The notes beneath the pieces are model-generated. The model searched no databases and was not told the origin of the DNA. It saw only the letters and a list, made by a program, of their open reading frames with translations. A program made the position numbers and the translations under genes. Shown piece after piece: positions 16,291-26,117 of a DNA stretch of 64,000 bases. The stretch's first letter is position 1. Every line of letters starts with the position of its first letter. Source of the DNA: Thermoplasmata archaeon (GTDB lineage: Archaea; Thermoplasmatota; Thermoplasmata; Lutacidiplasmatales; UBA184); assembly GCA_052326485.1 (NCBI GenBank), contig JBKQMS010000009.1, positions 8,206-72,205 on the forward strand. The letters run 5' to 3'.

Positions 16291-16883
16291 AATCTAGGAG
16301 ATTCCACCCCTTCTCATCCGCCGCAAGGCGGGGGCCCCGGCGTGGGGGTCGGAGTACCGTAACTCACTCCTGCGTATGAAGCAAGAGGGAGAAGGCTGTC
16401 ACGCCGAGAATCGCCCTTGGCATCGCCTTCTCGGGGTCTCGGGGTCTTGGGGTCCGCGGAAGTCTCTCGGGTATGGGTAAGGGGGACTCCTCCGGCGAAC
16501 GGGAGAGGCCCCCGCCGACCGGGTCCGATGCGGCCCCGATCTCCATCCCGGAGGGTCCAGAGATAAGAGGGGTCCGACCTTTAGGATGGGAAGGGGCTCG
16601 CTCGACCGCGTTGACGACCTCGCGCAACCCCCGGAAACGACGGTGGGGGACCCCGCCCCTCGACCTGAGTTCGGGCCTCCGGTTCGCCCTGCGCCAGGAG
16701 GTCCGGTTGTCGGTCGAGGCTGGACCCCGGACCGAGGCAACGGCGCACACGCTTCTCGCGGAGGCCGGTTTCGAACCGGTCCGCAAGCGGGGTCCCCCGG
16801 GAGGCTCGGACGCACCCCCCGCCGCGTTGGCCGGCGGCTGGGTGGGCGAGCGGGGACTCCGACGCAGAGGGGGAACGGCGCCA

Positions 16884-17285
16884 GTGGTTTGGGCGCCGAT
16901 TATCACCGTGTTCCTCGCCGGATGCGTTCTGGGAGGGCTCGATGCCTACATCGCGGGGTCTATCCTGGTCGGAGTGTTCTGGGCGCTCGGCGCCGCGGGG
17001 GCGTCCGGCGCCTTCTGGCTGCGATACGGGAGGATCTACGACAGCGACCTTGCGATGGTCACGATCTCCAGCCCGCCTGCGGGTCCGCCCTCCGGCCTAG
17101 GATCGACCACCGTCGTCTTCTGGGCCGTGCGGGTGCGCTCCCAGATCCATTCGGGCGTTCGGATCCCGACGATCGTGAGCGGTCCCCTTCGGCTGGCCCG
17201 CGAGGTCGGGGCCCTATCGCGAGAGTTCCAGCGTAGGATGCAGGGGCCAGCGGGCTGCGAACGCTCCCGATCTATCCCGACCTAG
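16884..17285 (+). CDS. Hypothetical small membrane protein (start very uncertain; the ORF opens at 16473)
   Basis: Two hydrophobic segments (IITVFLAGCVLGGLDAYIAGSILVGVFWALGAAGA). GTG16884 follows a G-rich stretch. The upstream part of the ORF has mixed codon bias. Confidence 0.3.
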   Translation: MVWAPIITVFLAGCVLGGLDAYIAGSILVGVFWALGAAGASGAFWLRYGRIYDSDLAMVTISSPPAGPPSGLGSTTVVFWAVRVRSQIHSGVRIPTIVSGPLRLAREVGALSREFQRRMQGPAGCERSRSIPT

Positions 17286-17707
17286 GATGGCCGTGGAACC
17301 CGGGCCGTGCGGCGAGGACGCGCCGGGCCGAACGCTTCGAGGCAGACCCCGTTGGGGTCGTTGACGTAGACGAGTCGGGATTTCCCATCGACGAAGTCCT
17401 CGATACTCTTCCCCCCGGCGCTCAGCGCCCGCCGGTACCAGCCGGCAACGTCCGAAGCGTAGAATCCGAAATGGTCGAACTCCGTGCCATTCCGGAACGG
17501 TTCGTAGAACCGGTTGCCCTTCGGGTAGTAGTTCAGCTCGAGGCGGTGATGAGAGCCGGGGAAGACCAGATGGACCCACTGGCCCCCGTGTCCCATCCGA
17601 CCCCTCGCGTGGACCCGAAACCCGAGGGCTCGGTAGAACTTTAGCGAACGGCGGAGGTCGCGCACACGGATCCCCGAGTAGAGGAACCGGACCGGTCGGC
17701 GGGCCAT
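17282..17707 (-). CDS. VOC family protein / glyoxalase I-like
   Basis: Pattern FLYSGIRVRDLRRSLKFYRALGF, LELNYY, HFGF, VNDPNG. Confidence 0.85.
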   Translation of the reverse strand: MARRPVRFLYSGIRVRDLRRSLKFYRALGFRVHARGRMGHGGQWVHLVFPGSHHRLELNYYPKGNRFYEPFRNGTEFDHFGFYASDVAGWYRRALSAGGKSIEDFVDGKSRLVYVNDPNGVCLEAFGPARPRRTARVPRPS

Positions 17708-17861
17708 GGTCCCGGAGGACGCCCGCGGCTTATCCGTTTGTCTTCGAGGACCCGGGAACGGAGGTCGACTCTCTTCCGGACCTGGGGGATCCGCGTCCGC
17801 CTCAAATACGGGAGGACCTTGTGGGCGCCGCTCCTCGGTCCTCCGGCGGAGCAGGGAGCTC

Positions 17862-19646
17862 GTGGCCCGTTCTGAACGGTCGGCAACGGAAGCCCTTCGA
17901 GCCTATCTCGACGAGGATTGGACGCGATGGCTTGAGGAGTACCCCGAGCTGGCCACGAGCTTCGGGTTTCCGGGGCTCGATGACCGCTGGACGGACGATT
18001 CTCCTGCCGGCATCGAGCGGCGGACGAGGCACCTCTCGGACAGCCTCGCCTCGCTGAAGCGCCTCGATCCGGCCTCCCTGCCTCGGAAGGAGCGGACGAA
18101 CTATGACCTCTACCGGGAGCTCCTCGAGGTCGCCGAGCGCGGCCTCGCGTTCGGGCTCGACCCGCTGCCCTTCCATCTCGGGATGCCCCACAGCCTGCTC
18201 GTCCCGCTGAACCAGATGGAAGGGGTCCATCTCACGGCCTCCGATACTCTCGACATCCAACCCCGGGAGCACCTCTCCGACTTCGAGAACATCCTTTCCC
18301 GGCTGAACGCGCTCGCGGAACCGGTCGAGCAGAACCTCGCCCTTCTCGAAGCGGGTCGCCGGCAGGGATTCGCTCCGCACCGGGTCGCGATGCGGGGCGT
18401 GCCCGACCAGGTCCGCGGACTGATCCCGCGCGACGCGCTGACAAGCCCGCTCCTCCGGGCGTTCACCGAGCTGCCCAGCCGGATCGGAGATCCCGACCGT
18501 CACCGGCTCGTCTCCGCGGCGATGGCGGCCTACTCGGACCGGATCGTCCCCGCGTTCGAACGGCTCCACGAGTACCTGGTCTCCACGTACCTCCCCGCCT
18601 GTCGCGACCTGCCGGGGGTCGCCGCCCTGCCCAATGGGGCAGCCCTCTACGCGCACCTCGTGCGTTGGCAAACGACCACGGGAAAGACCCCCCAAGAGAT
18701 CCACGAGATCGGTCAACGGGAAGTACGGCGCCTCCACTCTGCGATGGAAGATCAGATGGCGAGGACCGGATTCTCCGGGTCGTTCTCAGAGTTCCTGGAG
18801 TTCCTGCGGACGGACGACCGTTTCTTCTTTTCGAGCGAGGACGCACTGGTCGATGCCTACCGGGTCATCGCCAAGAAGACCGACCCCGGGCTGGCGCGGC
18901 TGTTCGGCCGACTCCCTCGCCTGCCGTACGGGGTCCTGCCCGTGCCCAGCTACCGTGCGAAGAGCTCGCCGACCGCGTACTACATGCCCGGGGCACCGGC
19001 CACCGGGCGTTCGGGGATCTTCTTCGCGAACACCTTTGACCTCCACGCCCGCCCCCGGTGGGAGATGGAAGCCCTCTGCCTCCACGAGGCGGTCCCGGGC
19101 CACCACCTCCAGGGAACGTTGGCCCAGGAGGTCGAGGACCTCCCCGGCTTCCGTCGCTTCACGGGACCGACGGCCTTCGTCGAAGGGTGGGGACTGTACG
19201 CAGAGAGCCTGGGAGAGGAACTCGGCCTTTACCAGGACCCGTACTCGAAGATGGGCGAGTACACCTACGACATGTGGCGCTCGGTCCGCCTGGTCGTCGA
19301 CACGGGGATCCATGCGTTCGGCTGGACGAGGGACGAGGCGATCCGCTTCTTCCGCGAGAACACCGGCAAGAGCGAGGTCGACATCGCGGTGGAGGTCGAC
19401 CGGTACATCGTCTGGCCGGCCCAAGCGCTGGCGTACAAGATGGGACAACTCAAGATCCGCGAGCTCAGGACGTGGGCGGAGCAGCAGCTCGGGGACCGGT
19501 TCGATACCCGAGGCTTCCACGACTGCGTGCTCGAGGAAGGGGCGATCCCGCTGGGGATGCTCGAGTCGCGGGTGAAGGAGTGGGTGGCCGCTCGAGCGAA
19601 GTCGACGGGTCCGACGGTTGTGTCCGAGGATACGTCCCCGCGGTGA
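17862..19646 (+). CDS. DUF885 family metallopeptidase-like protein
   Basis: DUF885-type motif LHEAVPGHHLQ plus EGWGLYAE. The ORF opens at 17706, but that abuts the divergent start at 17707. GTG17862, preceded by GGAG, is the proposed start. Confidence 0.85.
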   Translation: MARSERSATEALRAYLDEDWTRWLEEYPELATSFGFPGLDDRWTDDSPAGIERRTRHLSDSLASLKRLDPASLPRKERTNYDLYRELLEVAERGLAFGLDPLPFHLGMPHSLLVPLNQMEGVHLTASDTLDIQPREHLSDFENILSRLNALAEPVEQNLALLEAGRRQGFAPHRVAMRGVPDQVRGLIPRDALTSPLLRAFTELPSRIGDPDRHRLVSAAMAAYSDRIVPAFERLHEYLVSTYLPACRDLPGVAALPNGAALYAHLVRWQTTTGKTPQEIHEIGQREVRRLHSAMEDQMARTGFSGSFSEFLEFLRTDDRFFFSSEDALVDAYRVIAKKTDPGLARLFGRLPRLPYGVLPVPSYRAKSSPTAYYMPGAPATGRSGIFFANTFDLHARPRWEMEALCLHEAVPGHHLQGTLAQEVEDLPGFRRFTGPTAFVEGWGLYAESLGEELGLYQDPYSKMGEYTYDMWRSVRLVVDTGIHAFGWTRDEAIRFFRENTGKSEVDIAVEVDRYIVWPAQALAYKMGQLKIRELRTWAEQQLGDRFDTRGFHDCVLEEGAIPLGMLESRVKEWVAARAKSTGPTVVSEDTSPR

Positions 19647-19655
19647 GGCGGCGCG

Positions 19656-20012
19656 ATGGATTTCGACCGATGGACGGTCCTCTTCTTGCTCCGTCGGGAA
19701 GACGCGCTCGAGCTCGACGAGAAGGAAAGCGACACGATCCAGGATGCTCACCTCACGTACCTCGCCCGGTTGCACGAGGATGGCCGCCTCGCGGCCGCGG
19801 GTCCGGTGGAGGGGTCGTCCGACCCGAAGATCGCCGGGATCTGTCTCTTCCGGGTCGGAGCTCTCGAGGCTCAGGCACTGGCCGAAGCCGACCCCGCGGT
19901 CCGGGCCGGACGACTACGCGTCGACGTCCTCTCCTGGTCCGTACCCCGAGGAGCCCTCACGACCGGCCCGTCCCGGTTCCCTCGGTCGATGGCCGACGTC
20001 GACGCGACGTGA
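19656..20012 (+). CDS. YciI family protein
   Basis: YciI-like pattern: AHLTYLARLHEDGRLAAAGP followed by ADPAVRAG. It starts 9 nt after the DUF885 stop. Confidence 0.85.
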   Translation: MDFDRWTVLFLLRREDALELDEKESDTIQDAHLTYLARLHEDGRLAAAGPVEGSSDPKIAGICLFRVGALEAQALAEADPAVRAGRLRVDVLSWSVPRGALTTGPSRFPRSMADVDAT

Positions 20013-20044
20013 CGGGACCGAACGTCGGGTGTTCCCCGACACGA

Positions 20045-20857
20045 TCACGGTGTAAGGGAGGTAGGCCGCAAGGCGCTTTCGAGGAGTTTCTTCTCGATGA
20101 TCGCAATCGCCTCTGAGATCCCCGACTTGCTACGGCCGAGCCGGCGGGCGAGCTCGGTCAGCGTGATCCCTCGAGGGACCGCGAAGTAGCCGGCGGCCAT
20201 CGCCTGGGATAGGAGCTGTTGCTGGGCGTCGGTGAGCATCGGCAGGTGGCTCCTCAGCGGGCGGTCGCGGATGGAAACGACCTGAAAGTCGGGGGCGACC
20301 GCTCGGGCGTGCTCGAGGACCGCTTCGAATTCGGAGCGCCGCGCGACCACCTCCCAGGTAAGGAAGCCCGCCTGGATCCGAAGAGGGAACTGCATCGGTA
20401 TCCCGAGCATGCGATAGACGTAGACGATGGGCGGGCTCGAGTACGTGATCCGGTAGAGACAGCCACCGCCGACCTCGGCCAGGGTTTCGATCTTCCGCAC
20501 GTCGGAGTACCCGGCGATCTCCCGAGCCCACACGCCCGGTGGACCTCCGCTGATCCAATAGTCCGAGACCGATACGTGCTCGGTCAGGTCCGAGCGGTTG
20601 AGGACCTCTATGGTAAGGTCCGGATGAGCCCTCGAGAACGGGCCCATCCCCAGCCCCTTCGTCTGAATCCGGATTCGCAACGTGGCGAGGAGGAGGCGGT
20701 TGCCCGCCGCCACTGGCGACCTACCCCGGAGACGCCGAAGTCGCGAGGCCTTGCCATTTCGGGTTCGACCTGAACGGCGGGGGCCACGGCCACGCACTTT
20801 CGAGCGACCTCGCGGGACCACCTTCCTCACCCCCTGGCGCGCCCGGCTCACCGGCAC
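20045..20857 (-). CDS. HTH_10 (bacterio-opsin-activator-type) DNA-binding protein
   Basis: C-terminal LTDAQQQLLSQAMAAGYFAVPRGITLTELARRLGRSKSGISEAIAIIEKKL. GTG20857 lies about 28 nt downstream of TATA GTTTATAAC (plus strand 20885-20893), suggesting a near-leaderless mRNA. GTG20713 and ATG20647 are alternative starts. Confidence 0.8.
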   Translation of the reverse strand: MPVSRARQGVRKVVPRGRSKVRGRGPRRSGRTRNGKASRLRRLRGRSPVAAGNRLLLATLRIRIQTKGLGMGPFSRAHPDLTIEVLNRSDLTEHVSVSDYWISGGPPGVWAREIAGYSDVRKIETLAEVGGGCLYRITYSSPPIVYVYRMLGIPMQFPLRIQAGFLTWEVVARRSEFEAVLEHARAVAPDFQVVSIRDRPLRSHLPMLTDAQQQLLSQAMAAGYFAVPRGITLTELARRLGRSKSGISEAIAIIEKKLLESALRPTSLTP

Positions 20858-21080
20858 GTTGGTCGGGCCGGAATCGATTTCGGAGTTATAAACGGAGGGG
20901 GAGGATCTCGATTTCGGCCCCCGGCTCCACGCGTGACCGGATGCTGCGGCGCGACCTCACAGCCCGCCGGAAGACCCGAGCGACCCTCCGAACCCATTCG
21001 GGAATCCGAACCTGTTCGGTGACACGCCTTGACCTCGGAAGGGGTTCCTGGGATGGGAAGGGAGGGGGACGGAACGATCC

Positions 21081-21968
21081 ATGGCAATTCGCAATCCCTC
21101 CTTCACCGCGTCCCCGATCATCGACACCGCGTCAGTCGGGCTCGTTTCCGAACCCGCGAACGGACCGTCCTCCCCCGGCGGCCTCCCTCACCGGCTCCCG
21201 CCGCGTCATCGTCTCCCGTCGCTCGGCCCCGGTCCCACGGCGGGGCCGTCGGTCTTCCCGACCCGTCTCTTCGACCGCCCGAACTCGGTCCTGGTCTATG
21301 GTACGTGTCGGCCGCTGGTCAACCTGACCCTCTTCGCCCTCGCGACCACCACGAACCCCGACCTCGAGTGGGTGGAGATCGGCGAGCCGAAGGCTGATCG
21401 GACCCTCCGCGACCCGGTCCAGCTAGGGTGGATCCCCGAGGATCGTCTCTGGCGAGTGAACGACCTCGATGCCCTCCAGCCCACGGCTCTGAGCAAGAAC
21501 GTCTCCCTGGTCGGCACGATTCGTACGGACGAGCCCCCGGAGGTCATCGCTCAGATCACCGAGTTCTTGCAACTTCCCGACCGGTCCCAGCGGATCCTCG
21601 CCACCCGCCCTCCCGACGGCAGGCCCGGGGTGGTGGCGGTCACCGACACTCACCGCGCCCAAGGAACGTTCTCGACACAGCGTGTTCCGTCCATCCTTAC
21701 CGTGCATCGGAACGCGGGCTTCTCCGTCTTTGTCGGTCACGCGAAATCGCCCGGGCCGGGACGAGACCTGTTCGACTTCGTCTTTCACCTGGACGGTGAG
21801 AACGAGGACGCCGCGGACTGGAAGAAGCGGGAGCTGGTCTGCGAGAGAGGAATCTCTTCCGGGCCGCTCCGAGACGCTCGGCCGGTCCTCCTCGAGGACA
21901 TACCGATCGTGGCGCGTGTCCTGTTCCGGGCCACCTCTTCGGGAACGACACGTGCGTCGGCTCGGTGA
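21081..21968 (+). CDS. Degenerate KaiC/RecA-like protein lacking Walker A (paralog of 27546..28250)
   Basis: Aligns by eye along its whole length with the 27546..28250 product: QRIL, VVAVTDTHR vs VVVVANTNR, NAGFSVFV vs RNGFSMIT, FDFVFHLDGENEDAADWKKRELVCERGISSGPLR vs FNIVLRLDVDSAEEWRKAHLVVEKGLLSGDLR. The strand order resembles KaiC/RAD55, but the P-loop position reads VYGTCRPLVN. Confidence 0.65.
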   Translation: MAIRNPSFTASPIIDTASVGLVSEPANGPSSPGGLPHRLPPRHRLPSLGPGPTAGPSVFPTRLFDRPNSVLVYGTCRPLVNLTLFALATTTNPDLEWVEIGEPKADRTLRDPVQLGWIPEDRLWRVNDLDALQPTALSKNVSLVGTIRTDEPPEVIAQITEFLQLPDRSQRILATRPPDGRPGVVAVTDTHRAQGTFSTQRVPSILTVHRNAGFSVFVGHAKSPGPGRDLFDFVFHLDGENEDAADWKKRELVCERGISSGPLRDARPVLLEDIPIVARVLFRATSSGTTRASAR

Positions 21969-22489
21969 ACGGGGACTTTGAGCCGATCTTCGGACCCTCG
22001 GGGGGTCCGGATCCACGTCAGGGACGCATCCGACCTGACGCGGCGCCTAGCGCGAAGCGGTCGGACGTTGATTCTCCTCAGAACGGAATCGGTCGGAGGA
22101 AGAGCTGCGCGCAGGTCCGGCGTTGAAATAGATGGACCCTCATAGGTACGATCACACTCGGTCGCCGGCCGGGTAGACCCACCAAGATGCCAAAGAAGGG
22201 CCAGAAAAAGAAGAAGAGGTAACGGTCCCACTTGGGACCGTGCCTCGGTGAGCGACACCGGGGGAGTTGCTTGCGCGGACTACTCTCCCCGCTCCGGCGA
22301 GCGGGGGATGTCCGCGGATTCCCCCACCCTTCGCTACTCGAGCGGATCGCTCGATGAACCCTAGGCGCGTTCTCGCCGGTCCGATGGGCACTCTAGCGAA
22401 CCCCGCGTCCGAAGGAGATCACCCGGGCGTGTTCCAGTGGTTCGATAGGTTCATGGCCCTCCTTCCCGGCATCTCCACCAGGTTCGTGC

Positions 22490-23800
22490 ATGACGGGCGT
22501 CGTCCAACAGACTGCGACCTGCCCGACCTCCGCTGGCCGGGGGCGGTCCGGCCACCTTTCGGCGCAGCTGCTCCTTCCCGCTGGGGCGTTCGCTACCCTC
22601 CTCCTAGGCCTTGCTCTCCTTCTCGACCCTCTGGGACCCATGGACGCCTACGCTCCTTTGGCACTGTTCGTGGTCGGAGCGGGATCGTTGGCCACGTACG
22701 TCTCCCTCCGTTACTGGAAGGTCGTCCCGGCCACGTCCGGAACACCTGCGCTGGCGGTGCGCGTCGTAGCGACCTCGATTCCGACGGACCCGCCGAGCGG
22801 GAGTGGAACCGGGTCGGCGGACCTCCAGCGCGCCCCCATCACGAGCCGTGGCTCGGAATGGCGAGTGCTGTCCGCCCCGGCAAGCCCCGGGGACGAGACC
22901 TGGATCTCTTGGCTCCCTCGAGAACATCGACGCTTGGGTCCGGAGGGAATCGGGTTCACCTCGGGGGTGGTCCATTCGCCCGGAAAGGCCGGGAATCTCG
23001 TGGCATTCCCTGTCCCGAACTATTATCACGGGGTCCGGTCCGCGCCGGGATCCGGTGGGGTCATCCCTCCGACGCCGGCATCGAGACCTTCCCCGAGCTT
23101 CGCCGGGGCGGAGGACCCGAACGCGATCCTCACGGCTCCTGGTGATCCGGTGGGTCGAAGACCGTCCCGGTCGTCGGCCAGGGCCGGGTCGTTCTCGGAG
23201 GAGGAGCTCGATCGCATGTTTCCGCTGACCTCGAATCACCCCTACGTCGTCCTCGCCGACGGTCCGAGGAAGGTGGGAGGGGTGACGTCCTGGAAGAGAG
23301 AGCCGGGTCCGTCGCTCGAAGCTCCGGCCCGTCCGTATTCCTTTCCCCCGCTGGCGGGAGGCCGCTCCTCCCCGCCCGGAGGGGACGATGACCGAAGTTC
23401 CCAGCTCGTCTCCTTCGAGGAGGCCGACTCCGACCGCCCCAGCGGCCCCGGCTCGATCACCTCCCATTTCTCCGAGTCGCCCGACGCCTCCCCGCGTCTC
23501 CGGGGCACGGCGGCCGAGCTGTTCCTGGAGGCGTCTAACCCCGTGCCGCCCCATCTACGAAACGCGAGCGGTTCTATGCGGGTCGAAGTCCACCGGCCGG
23601 CACGTCGTTCCGTGGACCCCGGAAGCCAACGGTCGGTCTGCGCTTCCTGCTCGAAGGTGGTCGTGAACCTTCACATGAGCGGGCCGTGCCCGAAGTGCCT
23701 GCGGCCGATTTGTAACGATTGCCTTCACGACGCATTCGTCCGCTATGGCCACGGATGGTGCATCGACTGTTCCGCCGCGTCCGCCGTGAGAGGCACCTAA
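22490..23800 (+). CDS. Hypothetical membrane protein with a long disordered linker and a C-terminal double zinc ribbon
   Basis: Two N-terminal TM segments, a P/S/G-rich middle, and a C-terminal CASC-x12-CPKC-x3-CNDC-x13-CIDC. Confidence 0.6.
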   Translation: MTGVVQQTATCPTSAGRGRSGHLSAQLLLPAGAFATLLLGLALLLDPLGPMDAYAPLALFVVGAGSLATYVSLRYWKVVPATSGTPALAVRVVATSIPTDPPSGSGTGSADLQRAPITSRGSEWRVLSAPASPGDETWISWLPREHRRLGPEGIGFTSGVVHSPGKAGNLVAFPVPNYYHGVRSAPGSGGVIPPTPASRPSPSFAGAEDPNAILTAPGDPVGRRPSRSSARAGSFSEEELDRMFPLTSNHPYVVLADGPRKVGGVTSWKREPGPSLEAPARPYSFPPLAGGRSSPPGGDDDRSSQLVSFEEADSDRPSGPGSITSHFSESPDASPRLRGTAAELFLEASNPVPPHLRNASGSMRVEVHRPARRSVDPGSQRSVCASCSKVVVNLHMSGPCPKCLRPICNDCLHDAFVRYGHGWCIDCSAASAVRGT

Positions 23801-23882
23801 AGCGGTCGTCGGCGGGCCCGGGAAGAGCCTCTCCTCGGAAGGAACGACGGCCGGTGGCCGCGGGAGTGACTCTCGGGCGACG

Positions 23883-24344
23883 CTAGCGACGCCGCGCCTT
23901 CCGGTAATCGGCTTCCAGTACCTTCGCGAACTGACGCCAGGCAGCGAGGGTGCTCTTCTCGATGGATCTTCGGGACGGCGGTCTCCAACCGAGGGCGGAG
24001 ACGCGACGCTTCCACGTGAGTTCGAATCGGGTCCGCTTGGGGCCGAGCGGGGTCAGCTTGTAATCGAGGGTCGCGTCGCGGTAGTTCCCGACGGAGTCCG
24101 AGTGCCAACCGTCCGGTGGATGCAGGGTGACCACATGCCGGGCCCACCGCCATCCGGTCGCGGTCGGTTCGAGGTCCTCGTACACCACTCGCCGCGCGGT
24201 CCGCTCGAGGATCTTCCGGTCGTACGCTTCGCCCTCGCGCCGGGCATCATCCGGACGGAAGTCGGTGCACCAGCGGAAGGCGAAAGATAGCGGCACTCGC
24301 AGCACGGTGGCGATATGATACTCCGTTTTCGGCCAGCTCGTCAT
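23883..24344 (-). CDS. SRPBCC (START/polyketide-cyclase-like) family protein
   Basis: The size and pattern (FAFRWCTDFRPDD, RTRFELTW) are typical of SRPBCC ligand-binding proteins. Confidence 0.75.
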   Translation of the reverse strand: MTSWPKTEYHIATVLRVPLSFAFRWCTDFRPDDARREGEAYDRKILERTARRVVYEDLEPTATGWRWARHVVTLHPPDGWHSDSVGNYRDATLDYKLTPLGPKRTRFELTWKRRVSALGWRPPSRRSIEKSTLAAWRQFAKVLEADYRKARRR

Positions 24345-24380
24345 GGACGCTCCAGGTCGTCGGTAGGCCGAGGTGGGCTA

Positions 24381-24827
24381 TTACGCATCCCCGACCTCCC
24401 GCAGGTCGGTCCCGTTCTGAAGGACCGACTTCAGGTTCGTGAGGAAGTACGCCCAACCCTGGCAGGTCCCCCCGTAATTCTCCACCCAGGCGGGGGACCT
24501 TCCGAAGCCGGTGTGTCGGAGGGTGAGGAGGGTCCCGCCCCTCCGGGCGGCCAGGATGAACTCCACCTGGGTCATCCCGAGACCCTTCGCGGGCCACTCG
24601 AGCGTGAGCTTCCGGTTCGGAACGAAGGCGATCACCTTGGCCCGGTGCCGATAGCCGAGCTGCCACACGAACTCGTAGCTCGCCCCGGCCTTTGGCGGCA
24701 GGCGGGCCTCCTTCAGGAACCAGCGGACCAGCTCCGTCGGTTCGGTCAACGAGCGGAAGACCTTCGCTACGGGTGCGCGGAAGAGGTAGGCCTGTCGGAT
24801 CGTCAGTCCCTTGCGGTTCGCCGCCAT
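24381..24827 (-). CDS. SRPBCC protein, AHSA1 (activator of Hsp90 ATPase homolog 1-like) subgroup
   Basis: Pattern LFRAPVAKVFRSLTEPTELVRWF, KLTLEW, TLLTLRHTGF, GWAYFLTNLKSVLE-like. Confidence 0.85.
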   Translation of the reverse strand: MAANRKGLTIRQAYLFRAPVAKVFRSLTEPTELVRWFLKEARLPPKAGASYEFVWQLGYRHRAKVIAFVPNRKLTLEWPAKGLGMTQVEFILAARRGGTLLTLRHTGFGRSPAWVENYGGTCQGWAYFLTNLKSVLQNGTDLREVGDA

Positions 24828-24994
24828 GGAATCCGTTTCGGGGAGACCCCTTCTCGTATTTCCTCCCTTGGAGAGGGCCTTCGTCGTCGTCTCGACGACC
24901 CATCACGTCGGAGCCCCACGCGCCGCGAAACTCGACGGCGCGGCCCGTTCCGACCGAAGCGACGAGGTGGTGTGGGGGGATCTTACCGGAGGGC

Positions 24995-25948
24995 TCAGGG
25001 TGGTCGAGGGGAGGGAGGGTTCGCCTCAACCGGTTTCCCACCGATGGGAGGGCGGGTCCGGTTCCCCGTGAAGAACACCAACGAGAGTCCGGTGACCACC
25101 AATAGGAACCCGCCGACCTCCCAGACCGTGATCGTCTCTCCGTACAGCCCCGAGCCGAGGCCGACACCGACGAGCGGCAGCAGGTACGTGACGAGGTTAG
25201 CCCGACCCGGCCCGATGCGATGGTGCAGCCGGAAGTAGACGACGTATCCCAGCAAGGAGGAGAACACCACCAGGACCAAGAGCGGGCCCCAGACGCCGAG
25301 CGTGAGCGGGAGCCGCTCCGGTCCAGGGGACACGAGGATCGCGAGGGCAAGGACCCCCGCGCCGACGCCGAACTGTAGCGAGAGCTGCCAGGTGCCTTCC
25401 CGCCCTCGTCCCCAACGGCGAAGGAGGACCGTCCCCAGCGGGAACACGACGAAGGCGCCCATCACCGCGACCGGCCCCACCCAGCTACCCCCGACCCCTC
25501 CGAACAGGCTCGGGAGAACCAGGACCAGGATGCCGAGGAACCCGACAGCGATCCCCAGGATGGCGACGCGGGAGAGCCGCTCCGAAGGAAGGAGGAAGTA
25601 GGCGAACACGACGGTGAGGATCGGTCCAGTACCGGACAGCACCGAGGCGTACCCGCCCGTGGTGAATTGTTCTCCCCAGTAGAGCAGCATCCCGTAGAAT
25701 CCGATGATGAGCGTGCCTCCGACCAGCGCGGAGAGGAGGACGGACCGTCGGCTCGGCCACGGTTCCCGGCGCGCGAACGCCACGAGAGCGAGAAGGCCGG
25801 CCACGAGCGCGTAGCGCGTGCCGGCGTAGAGGAACGGCGAAGCCCCGGCGACGATGCCTTCGCGGATCGCTACGTACGCCGAGCCCCAAAGGACGGCGAG
25901 GGCGACAAGCCATAGCACCTCGGTCCGACCGACGCGGACCGGCGCCAC
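24995..25948 (-). CDS. EamA/DMT family transporter
   Basis: About ten TM segments and two EamA halves (LWGSAYVAIREG). GTG25948 is preceded by AGGAG with an 8-nt spacer. The ORF reaches TTG26011. Confidence 0.85.
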   Translation of the reverse strand: MAPVRVGRTEVLWLVALAVLWGSAYVAIREGIVAGASPFLYAGTRYALVAGLLALVAFARREPWPSRRSVLLSALVGGTLIIGFYGMLLYWGEQFTTGGYASVLSGTGPILTVVFAYFLLPSERLSRVAILGIAVGFLGILVLVLPSLFGGVGGSWVGPVAVMGAFVVFPLGTVLLRRWGRGREGTWQLSLQFGVGAGVLALAILVSPGPERLPLTLGVWGPLLVLVVFSSLLGYVVYFRLHHRIGPGRANLVTYLLPLVGVGLGSGLYGETITVWEVGGFLLVVTGLSLVFFTGNRTRPPIGGKPVEANPPSPRPP

Positions 25949-26117
25949 CGTAGGAGCTCCTGTTCCCGCCACCCCGGAACCCGCCAACCTGACGACCCTC
26001 CTAGGGGCCAACCGACGGACTCTTATCTGGGAGCGGGGAGGGGACGTTCACGAGGGAATCGGTGGTCGGCCGGCCAAGCTTGGCCCAGAGTCCACCGGGT
26101 CCGCGGAAGGAGCGGAA

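Noticed and set aside
16430-16620. RNase P RNA-like strings (GGAAGUCUC, GGGUAAGGGGGA, AUAAGAGGGGUCC).
   Set aside because: I found no proper CR-I (GAGGAAAGUCC) or CR-V (ACAGAACCCGGCUUA) elements and could not build a P4 pairing. The resemblance is probably a coincidence of G-rich sequence.
21785-22258. 157-aa minus-strand ORF with a hydrophobic N-terminal segment (LPLLLFLALLWHLGG).
   Set aside because: The hydrophobic run is simply the antisense of the lysine-codon island. The ORF contains the perfect hairpin and overlaps the convergent 21081..21968 gene by about 180 nt. The remainder is Arg/Pro/Ser-rich.
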